Assembly (NCBI GenBank): GCA_021108075.1 | Contig: JAIORP010000171.1 | Span: 68,041-132,040 of the forward strand | DNA: 64,000 nucleotides | Reading direction: 5' to 3' | DNA from: Candidatus Omnitrophota bacterium | GTDB lineage: Bacteria > Omnitrophota > Gorgyraeia > Zapsychrales > Zapsychraceae | Part shown: positions 40,348 to 49,580 of the stretch, piece by piece | Numbering within the stretch: the stretch's first letter is position 1 | Layout: each line of letters begins with the position of its first letter | The notes under the pieces: model-generated | Seen by the model: the letters and a program-made list of their open reading frames with translations, nothing else | Told to the model about the DNA's origin: nothing | The model's database searches: none | Translations under genes and position numbers: made by a program

Positions 40348-40427
40348 TACCAAATCCATTAATAAATTGTTCTATCTTAATTCTGAAAAGCAAAATTGGT
40401 TTTGGTCATTATTTAATAAAATTGGTA
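40348..40427 (+). mobile_element. MITE-like element, subtype A (80 bp)
   Basis: TACCAAATCCATTAATAAATTGTTCTATCTTAATTCTGAAAAGCAAAATTGG...AATAAAATTGGTA flanked by a TCA/TCA 3-bp duplication. Confidence 0.8.
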
Positions 40428-40430
40428 TCA

Positions 40431-41222
40431 TTATTGTGATAATTCTTTCGCTCTCTTACGCGCGGCTTTTATCGCGTTTTTGTAAACCAACGCCATCTGG
40501 CCGGCATGTAAAACATCCAAAGCCGCCTGGGTTGTCCCCCCTCTGGATGTGACCCGTTGGCGCAATGTTGCGGCATCCTCATGCGCTGACTCCAGGAGTT
40601 CCAGGCTTCCTTTGAGCGTCTGCCGAACCAATTGTTGGGCGACGTGTTGTTCAAATCCAAGTGATCGCGCCGCCGCCATCAAACATTCAATAAAGAAAAA
40701 AACATAGGCAGGGCCGCTGCCGGAAACCGCAGTAATACCATCCATCTCTTTTTCTTGCACAACGACGGTCGTTCCCACACAATTAAAAATCTTTTTCACC
40801 ATGCCTAAATCTTTTTTCAAGGCGTGAGAACCCGCGCAAATAGCGGTGACGCCAAACTGGACCTGAGCCGGTAAATTCGGCATTGTCCGGACCACCCGGC
40901 AATGCGTGCCGATTCTTTTCGTTATATAATCTATCGTAATCCCGGCAGCAATGGACACAACCAAATGCTTTTTCGTTATAAAAGGCTGCAGGGTCGTCAA
41001 AAGCTCATCAAATATCTGAGGTTTAACAGCTAAAATAATGATATCCGACTGAGACAATAACGACTGGAGATCCAATGATTGAACCTGATATTCCCGCACC
41101 AGATTACGGCATTTCTTTTTATCTGGATCCGTTATATACACCTGATAGTCCTGGTGAATTCCAGATACAATAGCAGAACCCATATTGCCGGCCCCGACAA
41201 ATCCAACGCTTTTTTGTTTCAT
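40431..41222 (-). CDS. proC: pyrroline-5-carboxylate reductase
   Basis: N-terminal Rossmann GFVGAGNMGSAI and a ProC dimerisation C-terminus. Confidence 0.85.
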   Translation of the reverse strand: MKQKSVGFVGAGNMGSAIVSGIHQDYQVYITDPDKKKCRNLVREYQVQSLDLQSLLSQSDIIILAVKPQIFDELLTTLQPFITKKHLVVSIAAGITIDYITKRIGTHCRVVRTMPNLPAQVQFGVTAICAGSHALKKDLGMVKKIFNCVGTTVVVQEKEMDGITAVSGSGPAYVFFFIECLMAAARSLGFEQHVAQQLVRQTLKGSLELLESAHEDAATLRQRVTSRGGTTQAALDVLHAGQMALVYKNAIKAARKRAKELSQ

Positions 41223-41414
41223 TTTCTATAAACCATTGATCTAAAATAATATTTGATTTTGTAAAATCTTGACCAAGTAAATTATCATAAATGTCGTATG
41301 GAGTCAATCTTGTATTAAAGGTGAATAAATTTTATAGTAATCAGGAAAATCATAATAAGATTAATAGTAATTAAGACGTGATCAAACGTGTTGATGCCAC
41401 TATGCCGCGTATTT

Positions 41415-41599
41415 ATACCAAATCCATTAAATAATGACCAAAGTCATTATAATATTCTCGACGCTTTAACGAAAATAACACCTTTTAAAATAGGACAATT
41501 ATACCAATTCCATTAAATAATGACCAATGCCAATTCTGCTTTTCAGAATTAAGATAAAACAATTTATTAATGGATTTGATATTATTTAACGTATTTGGT
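41415..41599 (+). mobile_element. MITE-like element, subtype B (102 bp), interrupted by a nested subtype-A copy
   Basis: B-type left end and internal ATATTCTCGACG...TTTAA...CGAGAATA palindrome; B-type right end resumes after the insert. Outer TSD is TTA/TTA. Confidence 0.75.
41501..41580 (-). mobile_element. nested MITE-like element, subtype A (80 bp), inserted into the B copy
   Basis: TACCAATTCCATTAAATAATGACCAATGCCAATTCTGCTTTTCAGAATTAAGATAAAACAATTTATTAATGGATTTGATA. Flanked by TTA/TTA where the uninterrupted B element (copy at 62426) has a single TTA. Confidence 0.75.
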
Positions 41600-41600
41600 A

Positions 41601-42689
41601 TTATTCCTGATTTGAATACATTTTCACAAATTCTTTCTCAAATGTCGGCCAATCAAAACTTTTTTCGGCTATAACAGACAATTGATCTCCCGCTTCAATC
41701 TTTTGATCGGGCAACGGTGACGTGTTGATGGTCTCTCCGCGAATATGCGCTAAGGCATTAAAAGGGATGTTCAACCGGCCAGAAATATCCAAGGCCGTTT
41801 TAACAAATTCCCCCCAGGTCCATCCGACTAGTTGAGCCGGCGATATCGTTTGAGTATTCGGCCCTTCACTGTTGGTCAAAATATGCTGAACAACTGATGA
41901 TGAATGGGCATCCTGGCATTCCTGTACAGCGGCCAGTAACTCAAGATTCTGAATGATCCCAATGGCTTTTTTGGAAAACATCCATTGATTTTTCGGTTCA
42001 ACAAGAATATAAATGACCTGTGCATCCTGACCGGCAAAGCGCAACACCAGATCAACAAGACGCGACGTCGCCAAGTCTGACTCAGGGGTACAAGCATCCG
42101 CAGGAAAAATCAAAACGCATTTATTGTCCTGCAAAGCGGCCTGTTCGTATGTGCGTTTTTCATGACTGTATCCATGAATAAAATGAATTTTATTATGTTT
42201 GGCTAATAGGGTCGGCGACAGCTCCGTCATATTGCTGTCAATAATGCAAATGCCGACATCCGGTTCCCGGGAAACGAGCTCGTGCACAAACAATTCAAAA
42301 TTTTCTCCTGGATAATTAAAAATCACGTACCCATCTTTGTAGGGATTCTTCAACATGCCCAACCTCCTTTGATCAGCAATATACTGCTTTAAATCAACAG
42401 CATGACTGATCACAACGCCCAAACAAGCCATGCCCATTATTCCGAATAACATTGTCAGGATTCTTCCAGCTGTTGTCTGTGCCGGCGCATTCCCGTATCC
42501 AATGGTTGTTTCGGTTTGCCAGACCTGCCATACCGCCTCAACCCAAGAAATATTTTCTGTCACCTTTATCCCCAGCACAAAGAGAGCTGAGATGATCAAT
42601 AGATACAAAATAAACTCAACCACGACCAAGATGGGAAGCGGCAAGTTATTTTTACTCCTAACTTTTAATAAGAGCCAGCGGGCAAACAT
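41601..42689 (-). CDS. K+ channel (two-TM pore, TTIGYGN filter) with C-terminal RCK-like domain; start trimmed
   Basis: TTIGYGN selectivity filter between two TM helices, with a ~230-aa Rossmann-like cytoplasmic domain. The ORF-track start at 42872 runs into a MITE. The internal Met MFARWLL... is preceded by AGGAGG, so the start was set to about 42689. Confidence 0.55.
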   Translation of the reverse strand: MFARWLLLKVRSKNNLPLPILVVVEFILYLLIISALFVLGIKVTENISWVEAVWQVWQTETTIGYGNAPAQTTAGRILTMLFGIMGMACLGVVISHAVDLKQYIADQRRLGMLKNPYKDGYVIFNYPGENFELFVHELVSREPDVGICIIDSNMTELSPTLLAKHNKIHFIHGYSHEKRTYEQAALQDNKCVLIFPADACTPESDLATSRLVDLVLRFAGQDAQVIYILVEPKNQWMFSKKAIGIIQNLELLAAVQECQDAHSSSVVQHILTNSEGPNTQTISPAQLVGWTWGEFVKTALDISGRLNIPFNALAHIRGETINTSPLPDQKIEAGDQLSVIAEKSFDWPTFEKEFVKMYSNQE

Positions 42690-42825
42690 CTTATTCCTCC
42701 TGACGCACAGGTTTTCGGGAAAGTTTAAAACGCGTCGTTGACGATAAAGCACATTTAAAACAGTGACGGGACCAATCGAAAAAGGATACCCCCTCAAGAC
42801 ATTATCGTCGTACTCCGCATATTTA

Positions 42826-43027
42826 TACCAATGCCATTGAATCTCCTCGGAGCAAAGCTCAGAGGCATTCACTCCATTGAATAATGACCAAAACCGATTC
42901 CGCTTTTCTCGACGCTAAGGCAAGAATATCAGAATTAAAATAGAACAATTATTTAACCCGGAAAACGCAATGGGATCTAAAACTCGTCGCAATTGCTCCG
43001 TTACTCCCGGGGTTAATGGATTTGATA
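42826..43027 (-). mobile_element. degenerate MITE-like element (subtype C backbone with two internal insertions/duplications), 202 bp
   Basis: Termini TACCAATGCCATTGAA.../...TTAATGGATTTGATA with a TTA/TTA TSD. Internal CTTTTCTCGACGCTAAGGCAAGAATATCAGAATTAAAATAGAAC is the C core. Extra ~30 bp and ~55 bp segments are present, the latter CCCGG...CCGGG-flanked. Confidence 0.6.
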
Positions 43028-43086
43028 TTACGGCCGGCTGACCGCCATACAGGCCATAAAAAGGCACACGCCAATCAATAAAAATA

Positions 43087-45873
43087 TTATAGCGGATCAT
43101 GAATAAAATCAACCTTCGGATTCAATATTTCCTGCATGATAAATTCCAGGGCTGAAAGAAACCGTTGGTTGACCATATCCGCGTCCATATCTATCTTCGG
43201 CAAAAAAGGCTGCCATTCCAGCGTGCGGATATTATAGATGGCGGCATTTAATGGTTTGTCGCCAAATTCTTTTTTAAGAAAATAATAATAGAGTGGCAAT
43301 TGGAATGATCCAAATTGGTCTTTAAGGACTTCCCTGGAAAGCGGCATATTGTTAAGCGGGGTCATGTTCTTTTTTATTGGCTGAGCACTGCCTGTTTTAT
43401 AATCAATGACCATGATTGATCCGTTTTGCATTTGATCAATGCGATCGACGATATAATTAAACGATATGTTTCCACCGGATAATGGAATATGATTGCGGTA
43501 GCGTTTCTCAAGGCACAAAATCTTTTCAACCTTCCGGTCAGGGCTTTGGTCTTCATATGTCAATAAGCGCTGCAAACGTTCCCGCAAGACCGCTTGAAGC
43601 AAAAATGAATCTGATTTAAAACTTCGGTCAAAAACATCTTTAAACAAAACCTCGAACAATTCAAAGAATCTTCTTCTAAAGACATCATCAATGACGGGCT
43701 GCTTGCCGATAAAAGGCAAGTACGCCTTTTCTAATAATTCATGGATAAACGTTCCAACTTGTTTCGACTCCGGCTCATCCAACAAATCATCTTTTTCTTT
43801 CACACCCAGAACATAGGCGAAATAAAAATCAATCGGATTCCGCACGTACATATTCAGGCTCGAGGCGGAATAGACATGCTGACGGAGAAATTCGATCATA
43901 GCCGGAGTCTTTTTGACAAAATAGGGCTGAGCGTCAACTGTGACAGAAAATTCCGAACGGACAACAGGCAAAACATCCTTTCGATTGAATTTCTTTTGTT
44001 CTTCCCAGACCAACTCTTCAATAAACCGGCTTCTCTCTTTATCCCGGCTTTCCTGATACACAAGATGAACATTCCGGGCAGAAGAAATCAAACGGAGAAA
44101 TTGATACCGCTGTATTTCTTCCTCTTGTTCTAATCGGTCCAAGTTTAAACTAATCATGACATCCCTCGGGATGAGCGGTTCATACAGATTCAAGCGCGGC
44201 AGCGCGCCCTCATTCATGTCGAGCACAATTACATTCTCAAAATTCAGTGAACGCGTCTCAAACAATCCTAAAATCTGCAGACCTTTTAAGGGAGACCCCT
44301 TAAAGGCAATGATTTCGCTCTCAATACGCCGGTTAAAAATTTTAAAGATATCTTCAACCGGCATCACTTCTTCCGTGAACGGTACTTCTCCCAACTCACA
44401 AATTAATGCCATTAACTTATGGGCAATGTTAACATTCAAGGGGTAGGACGACACATCTTTGTTTGTAATGATTTCTCTGAGAAAAGATTGAAGGACTCCC
44501 ACAAATTTCTTCAATGAAACGGCCTCTTCCCAGGCGGCAAAAAACATTTGATGCAAATATTGCAATAATTGCGACAACTGCTCTTGCGACACATCATAGC
44601 CGGCTTTTTGAGCAACTGATATTGTCAGACCATACAAGTCATCCGACTTTTCGACCTCTTTGATGTCCAAAAACAGCATCCCTGACAACGAGCACTTTTC
44701 TTCGCCTGTTAGAACACGTTCAATTTGACGGACCAACAGTTTTGTCAGCTCCGGGTCCAAATCCTGCGATAGGCCCTTCACATACGGATGCTTGAGTGTC
44801 TTTAAATAATCTTTGGCGTAATAGCGTCGGTCTTTGCGCGACAATTGAGTTTTCAGGACACAATCCAACAAGGCATACAAGCTGCTTCGTTTAACAGGAT
44901 ACCCCATAGATATATTAAATTCCTGAATAAAGTCTGAAATTTCAGACAATAACGGGACAATTTGATTGGGATCGGGCAAAACAATCACGGTCTGTTGCCA
45001 GTCTTGAATCTTTTTTAATATTTCTCTGACAATGCCTACCTGCGCGTGCAGGTTAACCCCGGCATAAATATTCAAAGAAAACTTTGTTTCCTGGGGCTGG
45101 TCACCTTCTCGCAAAACCGTACGATATTTTTGACTCCATTTTTTTAAAATCGGCCATCTCCGCTCATCACCTTGAAAAACGAAGGACGCCTTGCCCTTCT
45201 GAAACAGAACATCTGCCACCATTTCTTCACAACGGTTAAAATAGAAAAAATTGCAAAAAATATACTGGTCCATCTGGCTCAAGTCATATTCCGCCACCAG
45301 ACCCGCCGCTTTATAATACTGATACCCCCGCGAGAATTCGTTGGTCTGTTCCAACTGTTGATGATAAAACTGACGCAATTTGACGATATGCCCCAGCAAC
45401 TTATTGATGTCTTCAGGCACAGGATAACCAATTTCCGCGTGCGCCTGAATGTGCTGAAGGTCTTTGGCGTCGACGCGTTCGAGATCTAATAAATCAATAA
45501 AATGCAATATCTCTTGCGCCCAGGGCATAAACTGCGCGAACCTGGTCCTTTTGTGCAAGACCTCAGGGGCATACGTCTGAGCCAAAGCATATAACCGGTA
45601 ACACGCGTCGAGCTCATTTAAGACGGTGAATGATATTTGTTTTCGAACAATATCGCCCATCAATTCATCTATAGAAAAAAACCGCGGGGGAATATAACTC
45701 TTTTTGAAAACACGCGCGAGTTCCCATCTCACAAAGAGAGCCGGTCTTTTACCCCCAAAAACAAGGGCCAGGCGGTGAAGGTCCTTACCCTGATCGATAT
45801 AATTCTTTTGAATATATCCAACCAGACAAGGAATGTACTTTTCACAAAAACCATATGTGACAATTTCACCCAT
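43087..45873 (-). CDS. AddB-like PD-(D/E)XK nuclease subunit of a helicase-nuclease complex
   Basis: C-terminal RecB-family nuclease motif IVDRID...IMVIDYKTG. No Walker A and no Fe-S cysteine cluster. Its start overlaps the stop of the upstream UvrD-family gene by 8 nt. Confidence 0.5.
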   Translation of the reverse strand: MGEIVTYGFCEKYIPCLVGYIQKNYIDQGKDLHRLALVFGGKRPALFVRWELARVFKKSYIPPRFFSIDELMGDIVRKQISFTVLNELDACYRLYALAQTYAPEVLHKRTRFAQFMPWAQEILHFIDLLDLERVDAKDLQHIQAHAEIGYPVPEDINKLLGHIVKLRQFYHQQLEQTNEFSRGYQYYKAAGLVAEYDLSQMDQYIFCNFFYFNRCEEMVADVLFQKGKASFVFQGDERRWPILKKWSQKYRTVLREGDQPQETKFSLNIYAGVNLHAQVGIVREILKKIQDWQQTVIVLPDPNQIVPLLSEISDFIQEFNISMGYPVKRSSLYALLDCVLKTQLSRKDRRYYAKDYLKTLKHPYVKGLSQDLDPELTKLLVRQIERVLTGEEKCSLSGMLFLDIKEVEKSDDLYGLTISVAQKAGYDVSQEQLSQLLQYLHQMFFAAWEEAVSLKKFVGVLQSFLREIITNKDVSSYPLNVNIAHKLMALICELGEVPFTEEVMPVEDIFKIFNRRIESEIIAFKGSPLKGLQILGLFETRSLNFENVIVLDMNEGALPRLNLYEPLIPRDVMISLNLDRLEQEEEIQRYQFLRLISSARNVHLVYQESRDKERSRFIEELVWEEQKKFNRKDVLPVVRSEFSVTVDAQPYFVKKTPAMIEFLRQHVYSASSLNMYVRNPIDFYFAYVLGVKEKDDLLDEPESKQVGTFIHELLEKAYLPFIGKQPVIDDVFRRRFFELFEVLFKDVFDRSFKSDSFLLQAVLRERLQRLLTYEDQSPDRKVEKILCLEKRYRNHIPLSGGNISFNYIVDRIDQMQNGSIMVIDYKTGSAQPIKKNMTPLNNMPLSREVLKDQFGSFQLPLYYYFLKKEFGDKPLNAAIYNIRTLEWQPFLPKIDMDADMVNQRFLSALEFIMQEILNPKVDFIHDPL

Positions 45874-48800
45874 GAATCTGTTCCATTTTCTTTTCCTCCC
45901 AAAAAAGGAGATAACTGAGCACGTCTTTGTCGGGATAAATCTCCTTGACGATATCCTGATATTCCCTGATTTGCTTCATTTGCTGATCCTTCCCTCGCGT
46001 CGTCCTTTTATAATCAACTAAAACCACTCGATCATCAAAAACCATCAAACGGTCAATCCGTTTAACATGACCGCGCGCGTCGACCAAATCGTTCTCGGTC
46101 AAAACAGTTGCCCCCCGCACATAAAAGAAATCATGCATGGATTCAAGTTGGATGAGTTCACGGACGGCGTCATAATATTCACTAAAATCAGATATGCTTC
46201 CATATCGCGTTTTCAAGCGCGGATGCACGGATTCCCATATCGCGGCGAAGTCCTGGTCATGCAGATTATGAACAAAAGACAAAACATAATGGACAATTTC
46301 CCCTCTGGTCCTGTTTTCATCGATTTGAACAGCCTTTAGAGGGACCCATTCATCCTGGAGGCAGTCAATCCAGTTGCAATAGCGTGAAAAAGGTATCGTC
46401 AAAATTTCGCTGTCCGAAATTTCGGTTTGAGGATATGAGGCTTCGGCCCCCTGATCATACCATTCTCCAGGAATAAGCCATGTCGCGACATTAAAGCTAC
46501 GGCCTATCCGCTTCGGGATAAACGCATACAATTCCTTTTGTGGGCGGGTTAACGCCACATAGGCACTGTTTAATTCAGCCATAAACATTTTTTTATAATG
46601 CCGCGCGTGGACCGCGTAAATCTCGTCAGAAAAAGAAAGATATTTATTTTTATGCCGCATCATTTTTAAATGGTCGTCATCCTGCTCGACAAGATAAGAT
46701 ATTTGTTTTTCTCCCCCTTGCGCGATTTGCAGGTCAAAACCCAGGTACGGGATAATAACAACAGGAAATTCCAATCCTTTTGATTTATGGACCGTCATAA
46801 TCCTGATCGCGTCGCTGTCTGTCATCCGGACATACAAATCTTCTCCGAGTAGTCCTTCGACGTAGTCGAGAAAAGACCGGATATCATAACCCTCTTCTTC
46901 ATATTTCTTAATTAAGTCTAACCAATGAACGAGAAACCCCTGACTATCCGGAAACTTTTCATAGCACGCGTAACGGCTGTAAATACTGATCATGAATTCA
47001 TATAGCGGATAAAGGCCGACATTCTGAAAGAAGGGCTCAATATACGTCTGCCAGATATCCTGATAAGCCTGTTTAAATTCCTGATACAGGCTGCCAGACC
47101 CGTCCGAAACAAGTTTCTGGCGACACGAAAAAATATACTCATGCATCTGTGCCGAAGGCAAACCCGTCGCCCGTTCAAAAAGCTGGCTTGTCAAAAAATA
47201 GGCAAACGACAAATTATCATCCGGCCGGTCCAAGAATGATAAGAAAAAAATTAACTCCCTGATTAAGAAATGTTCCTTGATATTAGACGTCCGATCGGAA
47301 ACAACACGAAAACCCTGTTCCATGAGCCCACAGGTCAATGCCTCGATTTGTTTATTGTTCCGTGTCAAAATCGCGATATCCTGCAACGCGAAGCGCCCTT
47401 TTGAATCTTCAAGCACGTCAAGTATGCGTTGAAAGATATACTCATCGCGTTCTTCTTTATTCTCAATATCGACATACTCGCAATGGACATAGCCTTTATT
47501 GTAACGGGGCAAAGAAATTTGCTGCGCGCGCGAAAAAATATGATCCAATTCGGTCAAGTCCTCCGCGTTCATCCAGACCGGATGACTTTTTTTCTTTTCG
47601 ACATCATACGCTTCCTTACACGATATAAATTTTCTTAAATTTTCAACACTAAAGACAGCGTTATTAAAATCGACAATGGCCTTTTCGCTCCGCCAATTCG
47701 TGTTTAAAAAATCTTCACGGACATTAAACGATTGAAATCTTTTTTTGATTTCATCAAAAAGGCCCACATCTCCTCCACGAAAACTATAAATCGCCTGTTT
47801 GCGGTCCCCGACATAAAACAGCGAGCCTCCGGAAGAAAGGGCCTCCTCGATCATGTTTTCGAGATTCCGCCATTGAATGCGACTGGTGTCTTGAAATTCA
47901 TCGATAAGATAATGATGAAAACGAGTAGCCAGGCGATAATACAACTCCTCCACAGTGACATAATCATGATCAAACAGGGATTGCGCCCGCTGATTTAACT
48001 CCGACAGGAATATGATGTCCTCCTTTTGCGTGACCTCATAAAAAACCTTCATAATGTGCTGGCCTAAAGCAATGTATGGATTAAACAAAGAAAAGGCCTC
48101 ATGGTAGCAGAACAGTTTGATTTCCTGATGAATTCGCGACCATAACTTATCCACCGCAGCCGAGACATCGGCATTCTTACGGACAGGAATGGCTTCACGG
48201 CTGAAATAATTGGATATGCCGTCGACATCAAATCCTTTCTGCGACCGATCTAAAAAATTCTTTAAACTCCGGGCGAAACGCTTATCAACCTGCTCAGGCA
48301 ATTGCTCATCCAGTAGCTGGATGAGCTTCAGAATCTTTATTTTGTGTTTGCTTAAATCCTCCGCGGAAAAAGGACTGGCCTCAAAATATCGACCGTAAGT
48401 ATTGTATTGTTCGAACAAAGACACAAGGATGGCTAACATGTCTTTCTTGGGAAACCATCCCCGGCGATTCTCCAGATACAGATAATTATGAAGAAACAGC
48501 TCAAAAAGACGCCTCAAGGCCTTATCCGTCCGCGCCTGATCAATTAATAAATCGAGGCTGTAGTTCAGGTACGTCTGAATGTTTGTTTTAATTTTAAAAT
48601 TCGCCGTTAAGCCAACCTTAAAAGCGCATCCGGATAATAAACTATTGATAAACTTATCAATGGTCTGAACTTGAAAAAAATTGTAATGCCGAATGATCAA
48701 TTCCATCAACTGGAACGATTTCTTCTGAACAACATCTGGATCCAATTGGAGCGGTGATAAAATACGCTCGACTTCTTCATCCGAAAAAAGGCCTAAGGCC

Positions 48801-49030
48801 ATCGATTTCAAAAAATCTAAGATACGCGCCTTCATCTCTAAAGAAGCCTTATTCGTGAAAGTGATCGCTAAAATATGCCGCATGGGAAGAGGGACCGCGT
48901 TCCATTTCGGGTGGAGAAGCAATTGAACATACCGCCGGGCCAACGTAAACGTCTTGCCTGAGCCGGCTGATGCTTCGACGACTCGAACTTCGGGGAAAAC
49001 ATTAAAGTCATTTTGATTTTGCTTTTCCAT
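45866..49030 (-). CDS. AddA/RecB-like UvrD-family helicase-nuclease
   Basis: N-terminal UvrD motif I ASAGSGKTFTL, helicase motifs through VI, and a C-terminal RecB nuclease (HVKRIDRLMVFDDRVVLVDYKRT). Confidence 0.6.
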   Translation of the reverse strand: MEKQNQNDFNVFPEVRVVEASAGSGKTFTLARRYVQLLLHPKWNAVPLPMRHILAITFTNKASLEMKARILDFLKSMALGLFSDEEVERILSPLQLDPDVVQKKSFQLMELIIRHYNFFQVQTIDKFINSLLSGCAFKVGLTANFKIKTNIQTYLNYSLDLLIDQARTDKALRRLFELFLHNYLYLENRRGWFPKKDMLAILVSLFEQYNTYGRYFEASPFSAEDLSKHKIKILKLIQLLDEQLPEQVDKRFARSLKNFLDRSQKGFDVDGISNYFSREAIPVRKNADVSAAVDKLWSRIHQEIKLFCYHEAFSLFNPYIALGQHIMKVFYEVTQKEDIIFLSELNQRAQSLFDHDYVTVEELYYRLATRFHHYLIDEFQDTSRIQWRNLENMIEEALSSGGSLFYVGDRKQAIYSFRGGDVGLFDEIKKRFQSFNVREDFLNTNWRSEKAIVDFNNAVFSVENLRKFISCKEAYDVEKKKSHPVWMNAEDLTELDHIFSRAQQISLPRYNKGYVHCEYVDIENKEERDEYIFQRILDVLEDSKGRFALQDIAILTRNNKQIEALTCGLMEQGFRVVSDRTSNIKEHFLIRELIFFLSFLDRPDDNLSFAYFLTSQLFERATGLPSAQMHEYIFSCRQKLVSDGSGSLYQEFKQAYQDIWQTYIEPFFQNVGLYPLYEFMISIYSRYACYEKFPDSQGFLVHWLDLIKKYEEEGYDIRSFLDYVEGLLGEDLYVRMTDSDAIRIMTVHKSKGLEFPVVIIPYLGFDLQIAQGGEKQISYLVEQDDDHLKMMRHKNKYLSFSDEIYAVHARHYKKMFMAELNSAYVALTRPQKELYAFIPKRIGRSFNVATWLIPGEWYDQGAEASYPQTEISDSEILTIPFSRYCNWIDCLQDEWVPLKAVQIDENRTRGEIVHYVLSFVHNLHDQDFAAIWESVHPRLKTRYGSISDFSEYYDAVRELIQLESMHDFFYVRGATVLTENDLVDARGHVKRIDRLMVFDDRVVLVDYKRTTRGKDQQMKQIREYQDIVKEIYPDKDVLSYLLFWEEKKMEQIHG

Positions 49031-49248
49031 ACACAGGATCCATCTTCATTGACAGTTAAACAGGGCGATCCTTTATCAAACGGCGTCCGTCCCACAGGCT
49101 GGCCGAAATAGCGCTTGTCCAGTATCCGGGCGACAGAAAAAACGACGCGAGTTTCTTTCCACCGGAACACACACCGGATATTCAGACAGTCATTATATAC
49201 CACATCGCTCATTCGGCAAAGACTGACGCAATGCTAGGGATTTTTTAT

Positions 49249-49425
49249 TTAGTGGGAGAGGAAATAACGCGGCTGACCAAAAGCGAATGTTGGACATTGT
49301 TTATACACCGCCCGCGCATCATCTGGAATAAAATAACAAAAAATGATCATTGTCATAACAATCAAAAACCCCATATATATCGTGCCGCTGATCAGAAAAT
49401 GTTGTTTGAACCATTCCATCATCAT
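49249..49425 (-). CDS. small hypothetical membrane protein (58 aa; below the ORF-track cutoff)
   Basis: MMMEWFKQHFLISGTIYMGFLIVMTMIIFCYFIPDDARAVYKQCPTFAFGQPRYFLSH with one hydrophobic helix. AAGGA lies 5 nt upstream. It sits immediately 5' of the addA-like gene on the same strand. Confidence 0.25.
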   Translation of the reverse strand: MMMEWFKQHFLISGTIYMGFLIVMTMIIFCYFIPDDARAVYKQCPTFAFGQPRYFLSH

Positions 49426-49580
49426 ATCGTCCTTAAATTTTTTTTATCATTTTAACACCTTCTTAGGATAATTTAAATAGTCTGGTTCCGCCTTAGACTA
49501 ATCTCATTCCCCTTTATTGTTGTTAAATATTTATATATATAATACTAGAATTAGTTGTATAAATAAGATTCGAATGTATA

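Noticed and set aside
41601-42872. ORF-track start of the K+ channel gene at 42872
   Set aside because: The first ~61 codons are read through a degenerate MITE copy. An internal Met with an AGGAGG RBS at about 42689 gives a sensible channel N-terminus.
42915-43112. 65-aa ORF inside the degenerate MITE at 42826-43027
   Set aside because: It lies entirely within repeat sequence and has no RBS.
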